Made by a program: the position numbers and the translations under genes
Assembly (NCBI GenBank): GCA_963811105.1
Contig: CAWEPZ010000011.1
Location: forward strand, 1,248,001-1,312,000
Origin: Candidatus Bathyarchaeota archaeon
Lineage (GTDB): Archaea; Thermoproteota; Bathyarchaeia; Bathyarchaeales; Bathycorpusculaceae
Length of the DNA stretch: 64,000 bases
Direction: 5' to 3'
The notes under the pieces: model-generated
Databases searched by the model: none
What the model was told of the DNA's origin: nothing
Seen by the model: the letters and a program-made list of their open reading frames with translations, nothing else
Shown here: positions 31,869 through 40,842 of the stretch, piece by piece
Layout of the letters: each line of letters starts with the position of its first letter
Numbering within the stretch: the first letter of the stretch is position 1

Positions 31869-33098
31869 TTAACGAAATATTTTTAGCGTTATGAAGGCAG
31901 CTAAGAAAACCACAGCGGCAATAACGAAAGTTGGAAGATAATTCAAGTTATGAGCAAGGAAAGGCCCAAGGAAAGCGCCTATTGCTGCTCCTATGCTCAC
32001 CGTTCCATCGAAAAAGCCAGCTTTTCCTTCAGGTATAAGTTCCATTGAAAGTGAAAGCATCATTATGTAATACATTGCATAAACGAAGCCTATGCATACC
32101 AAAAGAATGCAAGTTATGATTGTGGGTGCAATAGCAAGCGAAATAGCCGCAACCAAAGTGAAAACAAGAAGGCTTCGTAAAAGAATGAATCTGGGCATTT
32201 GTTTTCTTATATCCATTGAGTTTGCTCGCTCACGAATCAAGAAGTAACCTGCTGTTGCACCAACAGAGTTGAGAATGTATGCCAAATACACAAATTGTTC
32301 TTGTCCGCTAAAAACGTCTTTAAGATAAATTGGCAGAGGCGTAAAAAACAAGCTTGTGGCGAGAGCAAACAAAACTATTGCCAAAGCAAATCCTCGAAAG
32401 CTGTCTTCTTTGAGGGAGCCATTCCAACGCAATCCGTCCATAAGTCTAGAAGAACCTTCAACCCCACGATGCATATTGTCCAGCTTCCTTTCTATGCCTA
32501 CCAAGCGTCTTTCAAAAACTATCAATGGATCAGCTATGAGTGCTAATGCCAGAACGAATGCAACTACGCTTAAGGCGCTACAAAGATAGAAAGAATAGTT
32601 TGACAAAACAGCAAAGCTGAGAGATGATGCAAACAAGAACATGCCTGCAGCTAAACCAATAATAAAACCAATTTCAGTAAGCCCCTCATAAAACCCGAAA
32701 GATTTCTCCCAGTCATTGCGACTATAGTGCTCTGTTACAAGCACGTTTTTGGGTGATTCATGCGCCACATGTAGCATCTGCATAACAACATACAACGCAA
32801 CAAAAACGATTAGATTCTGGGCAAACGGAAGTGTCATAAGGAAAAGAAACACAGCCATTGAGGCGAAAGAAAGAAGAATAAATGCTTTGTAGTGGCGTGT
32901 TTTGTCGCAGAGGTATCCCCAAAGAAAAGAAGCAGGGATAGAGCAGAATATAGCTATGGAAGTCATAACACCTAAGGCAAGAAGGGGCCCACCTAAGATG
33001 TTGGTGTTATTGAAAACTACCACGTACAATGGTATGAAAACCGTTAGCAACCCGAACGCCATGTCGTGGAAGAAGAACCCTAGCCGCCACATAGGCAA
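31869..33098 (-). CDS. MFS transporter
   Basis: About 12 TMs; motif-A-like WGYLCDKTRHYK. Confidence 0.9.
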   Translation of the reverse strand: MPMWRLGFFFHDMAFGLLTVFIPLYVVVFNNTNILGGPLLALGVMTSIAIFCSIPASFLWGYLCDKTRHYKAFILLSFASMAVFLFLMTLPFAQNLIVFVALYVVMQMLHVAHESPKNVLVTEHYSRNDWEKSFGFYEGLTEIGFIIGLAAGMFLFASSLSFAVLSNYSFYLCSALSVVAFVLALALIADPLIVFERRLVGIERKLDNMHRGVEGSSRLMDGLRWNGSLKEDSFRGFALAIVLFALATSLFFTPLPIYLKDVFSGQEQFVYLAYILNSVGATAGYFLIRERANSMDIRKQMPRFILLRSLLVFTLVAAISLAIAPTIITCILLVCIGFVYAMYYIMMLSLSMELIPEGKAGFFDGTVSIGAAIGAFLGPFLAHNLNYLPTFVIAAVVFLAAFITLKIFR

Positions 33099-33238
33099 AG
33101 GAGCACTTCAAAGTTAAATTAAAACTTTTACCTGAATTATCTTAGTTTAGAAAAATGTGCATAGAACAGAATATTTTTCATAAATCCTTAATAGAGAGAG
33201 CAGCCAATTTCATTCTCCGCTGGAGAGTTAGTCAGCAA

Positions 33239-33634
33239 ATGGCAAAATTTAAAGTAATAGTTTCAGACCCAGAAGCAGGAACGTCTAAAGTTGTCGAGCT
33301 TGAAGAAGCACGCGCAGCCCCATTTATCGGTAGAAGACTTGGAGAAATAATAGACGGCACAGTGGTAGACTTACCAGCTCATAAAGTGCAAATATTGGGC
33401 GGTTCTGACAAAGACGGCGTTCCCATGAGGGGAAACGTTCACGGTGGTGTCCGCAGAAGGGTTGTGCTTAGTGGCGGAGCAGGCTTTAGCCCAAAGAAGA
33501 AGGGTGAAAGAAGACGCAAAACCGTGCGTGGGAGCACAATAACAGATGAGATTGCACAAATTAACATGAAAATCGTTGAAAAACCATTGGGCGTAAAAGC
33601 CCCTGAAGCTAAACCTCAACAACCCACGACATAA
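33239..33634 (+). CDS. rps6e: 30S ribosomal protein S6e
   Basis: MAKFKVIVSDP, GGSDKDGVPM and GERRRKTVRG. Confidence 0.96.
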   Translation: MAKFKVIVSDPEAGTSKVVELEEARAAPFIGRRLGEIIDGTVVDLPAHKVQILGGSDKDGVPMRGNVHGGVRRRVVLSGGAGFSPKKKGERRRKTVRGSTITDEIAQINMKIVEKPLGVKAPEAKPQQPTT

Positions 33635-33720
33635 GCACCAAGTTTGGCAGAGTTCATGCTTAAAACTTATAAACTGCCAAAGTTTATTCTTTCACAATTC
33701 ATCAGGTTTATGTGAATAAC

Positions 33721-34971
33721 ATGAGTAGCACGAACAAAGCCTTGCCTAAGCAGCCAGAAGTCAATATTGGCACTATAGGTCACGTTGATCATGGAAAAAC
33801 AACCTTGGTGCAAGCATTAACCGGAGTCTGGGCATCGCGACATAGTGAGGAACTCAAAAGAGGCATCACCATAAAGCTTGGTTATGCAGACATGCCTATT
33901 TACAAATGCCCAAAATGTGAACCGCCAAAAAACTACACCATAAAGCCTTACTGTGAAACCTGCAATTCAGAGGCAGAATTTGTTCGAGCCATAAGTTTTG
34001 TCGACGCACCAGGTCACGAAGCATTAATGGCCACCATGCTTTCTGGCGCCGCTATTATGGACGGGGCAATACTAGTTATAGCAGCCGATGAACCGTGTCC
34101 TCAACCACAGACCCGGGAGCACCTTGCGGCTGCAGAAGTTAGCGGCATTAAGAATATTATTATTGTCCAGAACAAGATCGACATTGTCGATGGAAAAAGA
34201 GCTCAGGAAAGTTACAAGGAAATTAAGAACTTTATTAAGGGAACAGTTGCAGAAAAGGCACCAATTATTCCAATCTCAGCCCAGCGTGGAATAAACATTG
34301 ACATCTTGCTCACAGCTATTCAAACAATTATTCCGACACCCCAAAGGGACGAAACCAAGCCACCGCTAATGTACATTATACGTTCTTTTGACGTTAACAA
34401 GCCTGGAACCACCATTGAGAATCTTGAAGGCGGTATAATAGGCGGAACCATCGCTCAAGGAAAATTTGTTGTAGGAGAAGAAATAGAAATTCGCCCGGGC
34501 ATCAGCATCGAAAGAGAAGGCAAAACCGTTTACGACCCATTAATCACCGAAATAGTAAGTCTGAATGCTGGCGAACAAAGCGTCAAAGAAGCCACTTGTG
34601 GAGGATTGATTGGAGTTGGAACTTGTCTTGATCCTTCCTATTCAAAGGCAGACGGTTTAACAGGCAGCATCGCTGGAAAAGCAGGAATGCTTCCGCAAAC
34701 ATTAACAGAGCTAACTTTAGAAACACACGTTTTAGAGAGAGCCGTAGGAACAAAGGAGCTTTTAAAGGTTGAAAAATTCAATCCTGAAGAAGTTCTGTTG
34801 CTTCACGTAGGCGCTGCGGTTAACGTTGGAAAAATATTGGCAATAAAACAGAATGTGATTAAAGTTAAGTTGACTAGGCCAATTTGTGCAATGCCTGGTT
34901 CCAGAGTTGCCATCAGCAGAAAAATTACTGCCCGTTGGAGACTTATTGGGTATGGGCTAATAGTAAAATAA
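33721..34971 (+). CDS. eif2g: Translation initiation factor 2 subunit gamma
   Basis: QPEVNIGTIGHVDHGKTT, RGITIKLGY, DAPGHE, QNKID and RWRLIGYG. Confidence 0.97.
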   Translation: MSSTNKALPKQPEVNIGTIGHVDHGKTTLVQALTGVWASRHSEELKRGITIKLGYADMPIYKCPKCEPPKNYTIKPYCETCNSEAEFVRAISFVDAPGHEALMATMLSGAAIMDGAILVIAADEPCPQPQTREHLAAAEVSGIKNIIIVQNKIDIVDGKRAQESYKEIKNFIKGTVAEKAPIIPISAQRGINIDILLTAIQTIIPTPQRDETKPPLMYIIRSFDVNKPGTTIENLEGGIIGGTIAQGKFVVGEEIEIRPGISIEREGKTVYDPLITEIVSLNAGEQSVKEATCGGLIGVGTCLDPSYSKADGLTGSIAGKAGMLPQTLTELTLETHVLERAVGTKELLKVEKFNPEEVLLLHVGAAVNVGKILAIKQNVIKVKLTRPICAMPGSRVAISRKITARWRLIGYGLIVK

Positions 34972-34976
34972 GCAAC

Positions 34977-35414
34977 TTATTCTACGGGTTTTATTATTCC
35001 ATTTTTCTTTAGAAAATCTTGAGCTTTTTGAAGCGTATCCTTAGCATTTTTGAAAGTCAATTTTTCCATGGCGTGCTGATAGTCAAGCCAAATATAACCT
35101 ACGTGTTCAAAAGATAGCTCAACTTTGTTAGTGTTTGCTTCCATTAAGTAGAAAACGACTTCTTTGTGAACTTTTGAACCTTGCCTGCGGTAAAAATAAG
35201 TAATTGCTTCCCTAAAGCCATCTATAAATTTGGCATCGGTTATGCTTGTTTCCTCTTTTAGTTCCCTTACAACCGTTTCTTTTTCTTTTTCATTAGGTTC
35301 AACATTGCCCTTCACAAAATCCCAATGCCCCGCAGCATAGTTAAGAAGAAGATAGTTTGTCAAGTCACCTTTTTTTATGAATACTACTGCCCCGCAAGAT
35401 TTTTCATTAATCAT
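34977..35414 (-). CDS. Nudix hydrolase (Ap4A hydrolase type)
   Basis: EKSCGAV, GHWDFVKGNVE...RELKEET and LSFEH. Confidence 0.92.
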   Translation of the reverse strand: MINEKSCGAVVFIKKGDLTNYLLLNYAAGHWDFVKGNVEPNEKEKETVVRELKEETSITDAKFIDGFREAITYFYRRQGSKVHKEVVFYLMEANTNKVELSFEHVGYIWLDYQHAMEKLTFKNAKDTLQKAQDFLKKNGIIKPVE

Positions 35415-35547
35415 ACATTCACCTGACTGCTTGTCAATTCATTTACTCAACGTATTTAAAGCCTAGTAATTTTAAGGCTATACATTGCGAGACTCTATGA
35501 AATATCTTAAGCCTGCAAACAGGTTTACCAGAATAGGAGCATACCAA

Positions 35548-35970
35548 ATGTTGGCTTCACCCCAAAAAAGTGAACGGTTAAAAGTTATCTTAGATTCAAA
35601 CGCATTGTTTATTCCGCTTGAGTTTAAACTTGACATTTTTGCTGAAGTTCAACATTTGTTGAATCGGAACGTTGATTTTGTTTTGCTATCGCCAGTTAAA
35701 CATGAACTTGAATTATTATCCACTAAGGATTCGCCTAAAACCCGAAGAGAAGCTAGTTTCGCATTAAAGCTTGGCGAAAAATGCAAATATGTTAAAATTG
35801 AAAACTATGGACAGACGACCACTGATGATATTATAGTTAAAGTTGCTAAGGAGTGGAATTCTCCCGTGTTTACTAACGACAGTCAACTACGGAGGAGGCT
35901 AAGAGATATAAGTGTGCCAGTGATTTATGTGAGACAAAAATCTCGTTTAGAGATTGACGGATTGATATAA
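35548..35970 (+). CDS. PIN-domain protein (Fcf1/Utp24-like)
   Basis: VILDSNAL, TDDII, VFTND...LR...VPVIYVR; conserved position before rpoE'. Confidence 0.88.
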   Translation: MLASPQKSERLKVILDSNALFIPLEFKLDIFAEVQHLLNRNVDFVLLSPVKHELELLSTKDSPKTRREASFALKLGEKCKYVKIENYGQTTTDDIIVKVAKEWNSPVFTNDSQLRRRLRDISVPVIYVRQKSRLEIDGLI

Positions 35971-35972
35971 CT

Positions 35973-36554
35973 ATGTTTAAGCTCATAACGCTGCAGGATA
36001 CTATCCGCATTCCTCCTGAGACTTTTGGTAACCCATTAGAGAAAGTTGGTCGGGAACAGGTTAAGCAGAAATATGAAGGAGTTGTAGATGAGGAATTAGG
36101 ATATGTAATTGCAGTCACAAGTATAGAAGTTAGCCCCATAGGTAAGATAATTCCAGGTGACGGAGCTACTTTCCATAAAGTTTCATTTTCCTTGTTAACG
36201 TTCTATCCGATAATTCAGGAAGTTGTCGAAGGAGACGTAGTTGAAATTGCAGACTTCGGCGCTTTCGTACGAATAGGACCAGTAGACGCTCTGCTTCATG
36301 TGTCACAACTTATGGATGACTACATCTCTTATGACGAAAAGCAAGGAGTACTGCTTGGAAAAGAGACTAAACGTAAACTCACAACGGGCGACCAAGTACG
36401 AGTTAGAATAACAGCGGTTTCGCTTGGCAGAGCTGGAAGCTCGGGAAAAATTGGCGTTACAGCAAGGCAACCATTTCTAGGTAAACTGGATTGGTTAAAG
36501 GAGATACCTGTTGCGCCTGAAAAGAAGTCAGTGGAAGGCAAAGAAAAATCATAG
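35973..36554 (+). CDS. rpo7: RNA polymerase subunit E' (Rpo7)
   Basis: IRIPPETFG, PGDGA, and an S1 domain FGAFVRIGPVDALLHVSQ. Confidence 0.96.
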   Translation: MFKLITLQDTIRIPPETFGNPLEKVGREQVKQKYEGVVDEELGYVIAVTSIEVSPIGKIIPGDGATFHKVSFSLLTFYPIIQEVVEGDVVEIADFGAFVRIGPVDALLHVSQLMDDYISYDEKQGVLLGKETKRKLTTGDQVRVRITAVSLGRAGSSGKIGVTARQPFLGKLDWLKEIPVAPEKKSVEGKEKS

Positions 36555-36573
36555 TAAACAGGAGTGAATTGGA

Positions 36574-36759
36574 ATGAGTGAGAAATCGTGTTCTAACTGT
36601 CATTTTATAACTAAAGAAAATGTTTGCTCAAAGTGCAGGTCTACAAGTTTTAGCGAAGATTATAGCGGCTTAGTCGTTATGTTTGATCCGGATACCTCAG
36701 TTATTGCAAAAGCCATGAACATAAAAGAGAAAGGAAGATACGCGCTAAAAGTACGCTAA
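36574..36759 (+). CDS. spt4: Transcription elongation factor Spt4 (RpoE'')
   Basis: CSNC...CSKC and GRYALKVR. Confidence 0.93.
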   Translation: MSEKSCSNCHFITKENVCSKCRSTSFSEDYSGLVVMFDPDTSVIAKAMNIKEKGRYALKVR

Positions 36760-36823
36760 TCCTTTAGACATTGCATAATAACTCTATATAGAGCTAAAAT
36801 AGAGGAGCAGTAAAGTTGAAAAA

Positions 36824-37372
36824 ATGACCGTAGTTTACACTATAACATCTGCTCTTCGAACGAAATTCAAAGAACCTTTTGGCACCTTAATTCAAGGCTC
36901 ATTTGACCAAACAATGGCTAAATTGGAAACCCTAATAAAAAAAGAGAAGCCGTCGAGGGTAATTTCAGTGGGAGACGTGGTTTCCAACAATTTGCATAAA
37001 CATAGCATAAACCCACAATTGACGATTATTGATAACAAATTTTTGAGAAAACAAGTCATACCGGAAAAAGTTTCTCTTGAGAAAACAATCCAGGTGAAGA
37101 ACCCTCAAGGAACAATTACCCAGGAAGCGATTATAGCGGTTAAGCAAGCATTAGAAGAAAATGAGCATATTCATATTGTTGTAGATGGCGAGGAAGACTT
37201 ACTCACACTTATAGCTGTTTTGTACGCTCCAGAGAACGCTGTGGTAATTTATGGACAGCCATATTCAGGCATAGTTGTTGTAAAAGTTACGACGCAAAAA
37301 AGGGCTGAGGCGGAAAACTTCCTGGAAGCAATGAAACCCTTCGAAAAGCTAAATAGGAAGAAAACTGTTTGA
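36824..37372 (+). CDS. GTP-dependent dephospho-CoA kinase (DUF359)
   Basis: VGDVVS, NPQGTIT, DGEEDLL and YGQP. Confidence 0.9.
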   Translation: MTVVYTITSALRTKFKEPFGTLIQGSFDQTMAKLETLIKKEKPSRVISVGDVVSNNLHKHSINPQLTIIDNKFLRKQVIPEKVSLEKTIQVKNPQGTITQEAIIAVKQALEENEHIHIVVDGEEDLLTLIAVLYAPENAVVIYGQPYSGIVVVKVTTQKRAEAENFLEAMKPFEKLNRKKTV

Positions 37373-37395
37373 AATTACGCCTTAAGTGAATATTA

Positions 37396-37707
37396 ATGCA
37401 AATCAAAATAGAAACAACCAAGAACAACCCGCTTCTAAAGCGCAAAGAAGTAGGCTTCACCATTTTTCAAGGTCCTAAGGAGAAAACTCCTCCAAGGTTA
37501 GAAGTCAAAAAAGCCATTGCCATTGAAATGAAAATTGCTGATGAAGTAGTTTTTGTTAAGAGAATGCATACAAAAACCGGAACAAGCATCACACAAGGAG
37601 AGGCTAACGTCTACCAAACAGTTGAACAGGCAAAACTAGTTGAGCCTGAATACATCAGGAAACGCAACAGCCCACCTGAAAAACCTAAGGAAGAGGCTGC
37701 AGCTTAA
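37396..37707 (+). CDS. rps24e: 30S ribosomal protein S24e
   Basis: NPLLKRKE, TKTG and EPEYIRKRN. Confidence 0.95.
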   Translation: MQIKIETTKNNPLLKRKEVGFTIFQGPKEKTPPRLEVKKAIAIEMKIADEVVFVKRMHTKTGTSITQGEANVYQTVEQAKLVEPEYIRKRNSPPEKPKEEAAA

Positions 37708-37991
37708 TGTCTAAAAAACCACCAGTAGCAAAGAAAGAAGAACCTCCCGTTGCGCCAGCAACAACAGCGGGATCAGGAGCGGCGCCAGCACCAAAAAAAA
37801 TAGAGAAGGGAAAGAGGGAAAAGAAACACAAAGAGGAAAAAGGAGTTCGCGCCATGTACAAAAATGAAGGCGAAAAAGTTACCAGGGCGCGTCCAACTTG
37901 CGAGCGATGTGGACCTGGATACTTTATGGCAGACCACCATGACAGGTATACTTGCGGTCACTGTGGTTTTACTCGTTACAAGCAGAAATAA
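37707..37991 (+). CDS. rps27ae: 30S ribosomal protein S27ae (eS31) with N-terminal extension
   Basis: CERCGPGYFMADHHDRYTCGHCGFT. Confidence 0.95.
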   Translation: MSKKPPVAKKEEPPVAPATTAGSGAAPAPKKIEKGKREKKHKEEKGVRAMYKNEGEKVTRARPTCERCGPGYFMADHHDRYTCGHCGFTRYKQK

Positions 37992-38037
37992 ACAGTTTTA
38001 AATTCTCCCTTGTGCGATTAGGTTCTGATGACCACTA

Positions 38038-38466
38038 ATGCTTAGGGTAAATGTAGTAATAACCAACATATCAGCCGAACGCTTCTGGGACGTAAGAAAA
38101 CCGATTCCGCCCATTCAGATAAACACTAACATTAATGTTGTGGGTATGGAGAAGAAGCAGGATGAATCTTTGGAAGTTCCTTTTGTTTTGTCAATTGGGT
38201 TTAATCCATCTATCGCTCAAATGAACCTAAAAGGAATGGCTTACGTTAACGGCGAGCGAAACGAAGTTGATAAAGCGCTCAAAGACTACGAACAGAAGAA
38301 GCCGCCGCCACAAATAGTTATTCAATCAATATCAAATGTGGTCTTCATTGAAGCAGTACTAATATCTAGAATACTTAATATTCCACCGCCGATTCCGCTA
38401 CCGCAGATTCCTGAAACAGGCAAACAGCCAAGTTCCAAGCCTGAAGGAAGAGACTACTCCGCGTAG
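38038..38466 (+). CDS. Hypothetical protein, possible SecB-like fold
   Basis: Four predicted beta strands, then helices, ending NIPPPIPLP. Confidence 0.65.
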   Translation: MLRVNVVITNISAERFWDVRKPIPPIQINTNINVVGMEKKQDESLEVPFVLSIGFNPSIAQMNLKGMAYVNGERNEVDKALKDYEQKKPPPQIVIQSISNVVFIEAVLISRILNIPPPIPLPQIPETGKQPSSKPEGRDYSA

Positions 38467-38580
38467 GAATGGCTGACTTGGTCGTTAGTGAGCTTAATTT
38501 TTGAATCCCCAATTCCATTGTTCACGTTTGGAGTACTAAAAATCCATCGTAGCGAAATCATAAAATCACATTGAATGTGT

Positions 38581-38691
38581 TAGACTTTTTTAGACCTTTT
38601 CAGTCTTCTCCAGACCTTTCCAGACGTTTCTAGACCTTTTAGGACTCAACCTACAACTGAATCAAGTTTTGAATCAAAAAAGCAACTCAAA
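38581..38691 (+). repeat. Phased 10-bp tandem repeat plus conserved tail, copy 2
   Basis: tagacttttt/tagacctttt/cagtcttctc/cagacctttc/cagacgtttc/tagacctttt/aggactcaac, with the tail GACTCAACCTACAAC-N13-GAATCAAAAAAGCAACTCAAA starting in the last unit. Confidence 0.85.
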
Positions 38692-38756
38692 TTAAACTGA
38701 ACTAAAAATGAAAAAAAAGACTGTTGTCTGTTCTTCTTGAGACTGAAAATACACTC

Positions 38757-40256
38757 CTACTGAAACCCTTTGAATTTCCTTGCTGCCGCATCAGCAATTC
38801 TTAATTCGATTGGGAATCCGAAATATCGGTGTTTCCACCGGTACTTTGCGATTCGATTCAATAAACTATATGCGATTTTGTAAGCAAGGTCGTGCTCCAT
38901 TATTCTTGATTGAGGATAGAAGGCACATCGTGTAACTGCGGAAATCGTATGCAACTTATCAACACGCTCTTTGTCATGCCATGGCGGGTCAAAATGAAAA
39001 ACTTGTATGCTTCCCCATTCTACGAGTGATTGTGGCGCTTCGAATTGTGGTGGCAAAAATTGCATAACTGTACTTGGAAATGGTGTGTAAACAAATATGC
39101 CATAATGTTGGGTTTTAGGATTTACCTGTCGCATTTTGTCCATTAAATTAAAAGTTTGATTCAAATCTTCATCTGTTTCGCCAGGAAGACCACTCATCCA
39201 TGATACGAAGGGTTCGATGGAAGGTGCCCAGCGCCGTAGATTTTCAACCGATTGCATCATTTGTTCTGCTGTAACATCTTTGCAAATTAGTCGTTGTAGC
39301 CGGTCTGAACCTGATTCTCCCCCAAAATCTAACTCAACGCACCCAGCTTTCTCTAAAAGCTCAAGAAAATCTTTGTCGTAGGTGGATAAGTAATCAAACC
39401 GACAATTGCCGCGCCATTGAATGGCTAGTTTTCGTTCTAAGATTCCTCGGCAGATTTCCTCAACGCGTTTTTTGTCGACAAAAACATTATCATCTATTGG
39501 GTCAATTATCTTTATGTTTGGAAACTTGCTAAGTATATACTCTATTTCATCTACTACGTGCTTAGCACTTTTGCCTCTCCATTTATTTTTGTTGAAAATG
39601 GTATTGTAACAGAAACCGCATCTGTGTGGGCACCCACGGCTTGTCTGAATATGAAAACGGCCGGATTTTACCGACGGATACTTATCCATTTGTAGTAAAT
39701 CGTAAGGCAAATCTATTGGTTGAGCATCCAAATCCATCACTTTGCCGTCTGGGTTGCTTTTGAGTAACCCGTCAGAATTGTAAGTTATTCCTGCAACTTT
39801 TTCGAGTGGTTCGTTTGAAGTGAGTGCATTTGCCAAATCTTTAATGATTAGCTCACCTTCTCCACGAACAACAATATCCACAAAGTCGTTGCGGGCTGTT
39901 TGTTCAGGTAATAAAGTTGGGTGTACCCCTCCCCAAACAATTGGGCATCGAGGACTTTGAGTTCTTACGTAACGTGCAAACTCCAAGGCATATTTAATTT
40001 GTAGTCCAGTCATGCAACTTATCCCTACAAAAACAGGATTACCCACTGCATAGTTGCGATAATCTTGAAGTCTCATGTCAAGAATGCGTACTGCAAAACC
40101 TTCTTCCTGCAGTGAAGCAGCTATGTACAAAAGCGAAAGAGGAACCTGCGGATCGGGAGCTTTAAATTTCCCTGGATATACTAGCAAGACATCTTTCCCA
40201 TTGGTACCAGTGTAGATATTGCAAAAATGGGTCAGACATGTCTGTTGACTAAACAA
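38757..40256 (-). CDS. B12-binding radical SAM protein (class B methyltransferase-like)
   Basis: PLSLLYIAA, WGGVHPT, GEGE, TSRGCPHRCGFC and GGESGS. Confidence 0.92.
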   Translation of the reverse strand: MFSQQTCLTHFCNIYTGTNGKDVLLVYPGKFKAPDPQVPLSLLYIAASLQEEGFAVRILDMRLQDYRNYAVGNPVFVGISCMTGLQIKYALEFARYVRTQSPRCPIVWGGVHPTLLPEQTARNDFVDIVVRGEGELIIKDLANALTSNEPLEKVAGITYNSDGLLKSNPDGKVMDLDAQPIDLPYDLLQMDKYPSVKSGRFHIQTSRGCPHRCGFCYNTIFNKNKWRGKSAKHVVDEIEYILSKFPNIKIIDPIDDNVFVDKKRVEEICRGILERKLAIQWRGNCRFDYLSTYDKDFLELLEKAGCVELDFGGESGSDRLQRLICKDVTAEQMMQSVENLRRWAPSIEPFVSWMSGLPGETDEDLNQTFNLMDKMRQVNPKTQHYGIFVYTPFPSTVMQFLPPQFEAPQSLVEWGSIQVFHFDPPWHDKERVDKLHTISAVTRCAFYPQSRIMEHDLAYKIAYSLLNRIAKYRWKHRYFGFPIELRIADAAARKFKGFQ

Positions 40257-40383
40257 TCCGAAGAAACCTCATTAGTGAATTATCTGGAATAGTTTTTAAT
40301 CTTTCGTAATTTCATAGAATGAATTTTAGAAAAAGAAAACGCTAAGAATTGTGTATGGAAAAAAGAAACAAATCAAGGAAAGG

Positions 40384-40788
40384 TTATTTCAATGGCACGT
40401 ACATTGATGAGCGCGATGCGCCTATACCTGGAGTACCATGCCTAACAGGCTTGTTAGTAATTGCAAATTCCCCAAGGTAATGCCCAATCATTTCAGGTTT
40501 CATTTCGACTGCAACGAATTCCTTGCCGTTGTGGATTTGGATTTTTACTCCAACCATCTCGGGCAGGATGATAAGGTCGCGTACGTGAGTTTTAAGGTTG
40601 ACTTCTTGGCCTTGTTTTTGGGCTTCTTTAGTTTCCCGCAGTTTCTCCAGCAGTATGCGTTGTTCAGGGGTTAAGCCACGTTGCAGGCTTCTTCTTTGTC
40701 GTGATGGAAGCAGATTTATGAATTCGTCCATAGACATGCCTATCAAACTATTCAAGCTGTGTCCGCGGTAACTAAATTCTTTGGGCAT
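40384..40788 (-). CDS. rps19p: 30S ribosomal protein S19 (uS19)
   Basis: [22 protein letters not shown] and [12 protein letters not shown]. Confidence 0.97.
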   Translation of the reverse strand: MPKEFSYRGHSLNSLIGMSMDEFINLLPSRQRRSLQRGLTPEQRILLEKLRETKEAQKQGQEVNLKTHVRDLIILPEMVGVKIQIHNGKEFVAVEMKPEMIGHYLGEFAITNKPVRHGTPGIGASRSSMYVPLK

Positions 40789-40842
40789 TTTTCATCTTCA
40801 CCTTAAACTCATTCTTAAACGCTATAAACCTTCTGTCAATTC

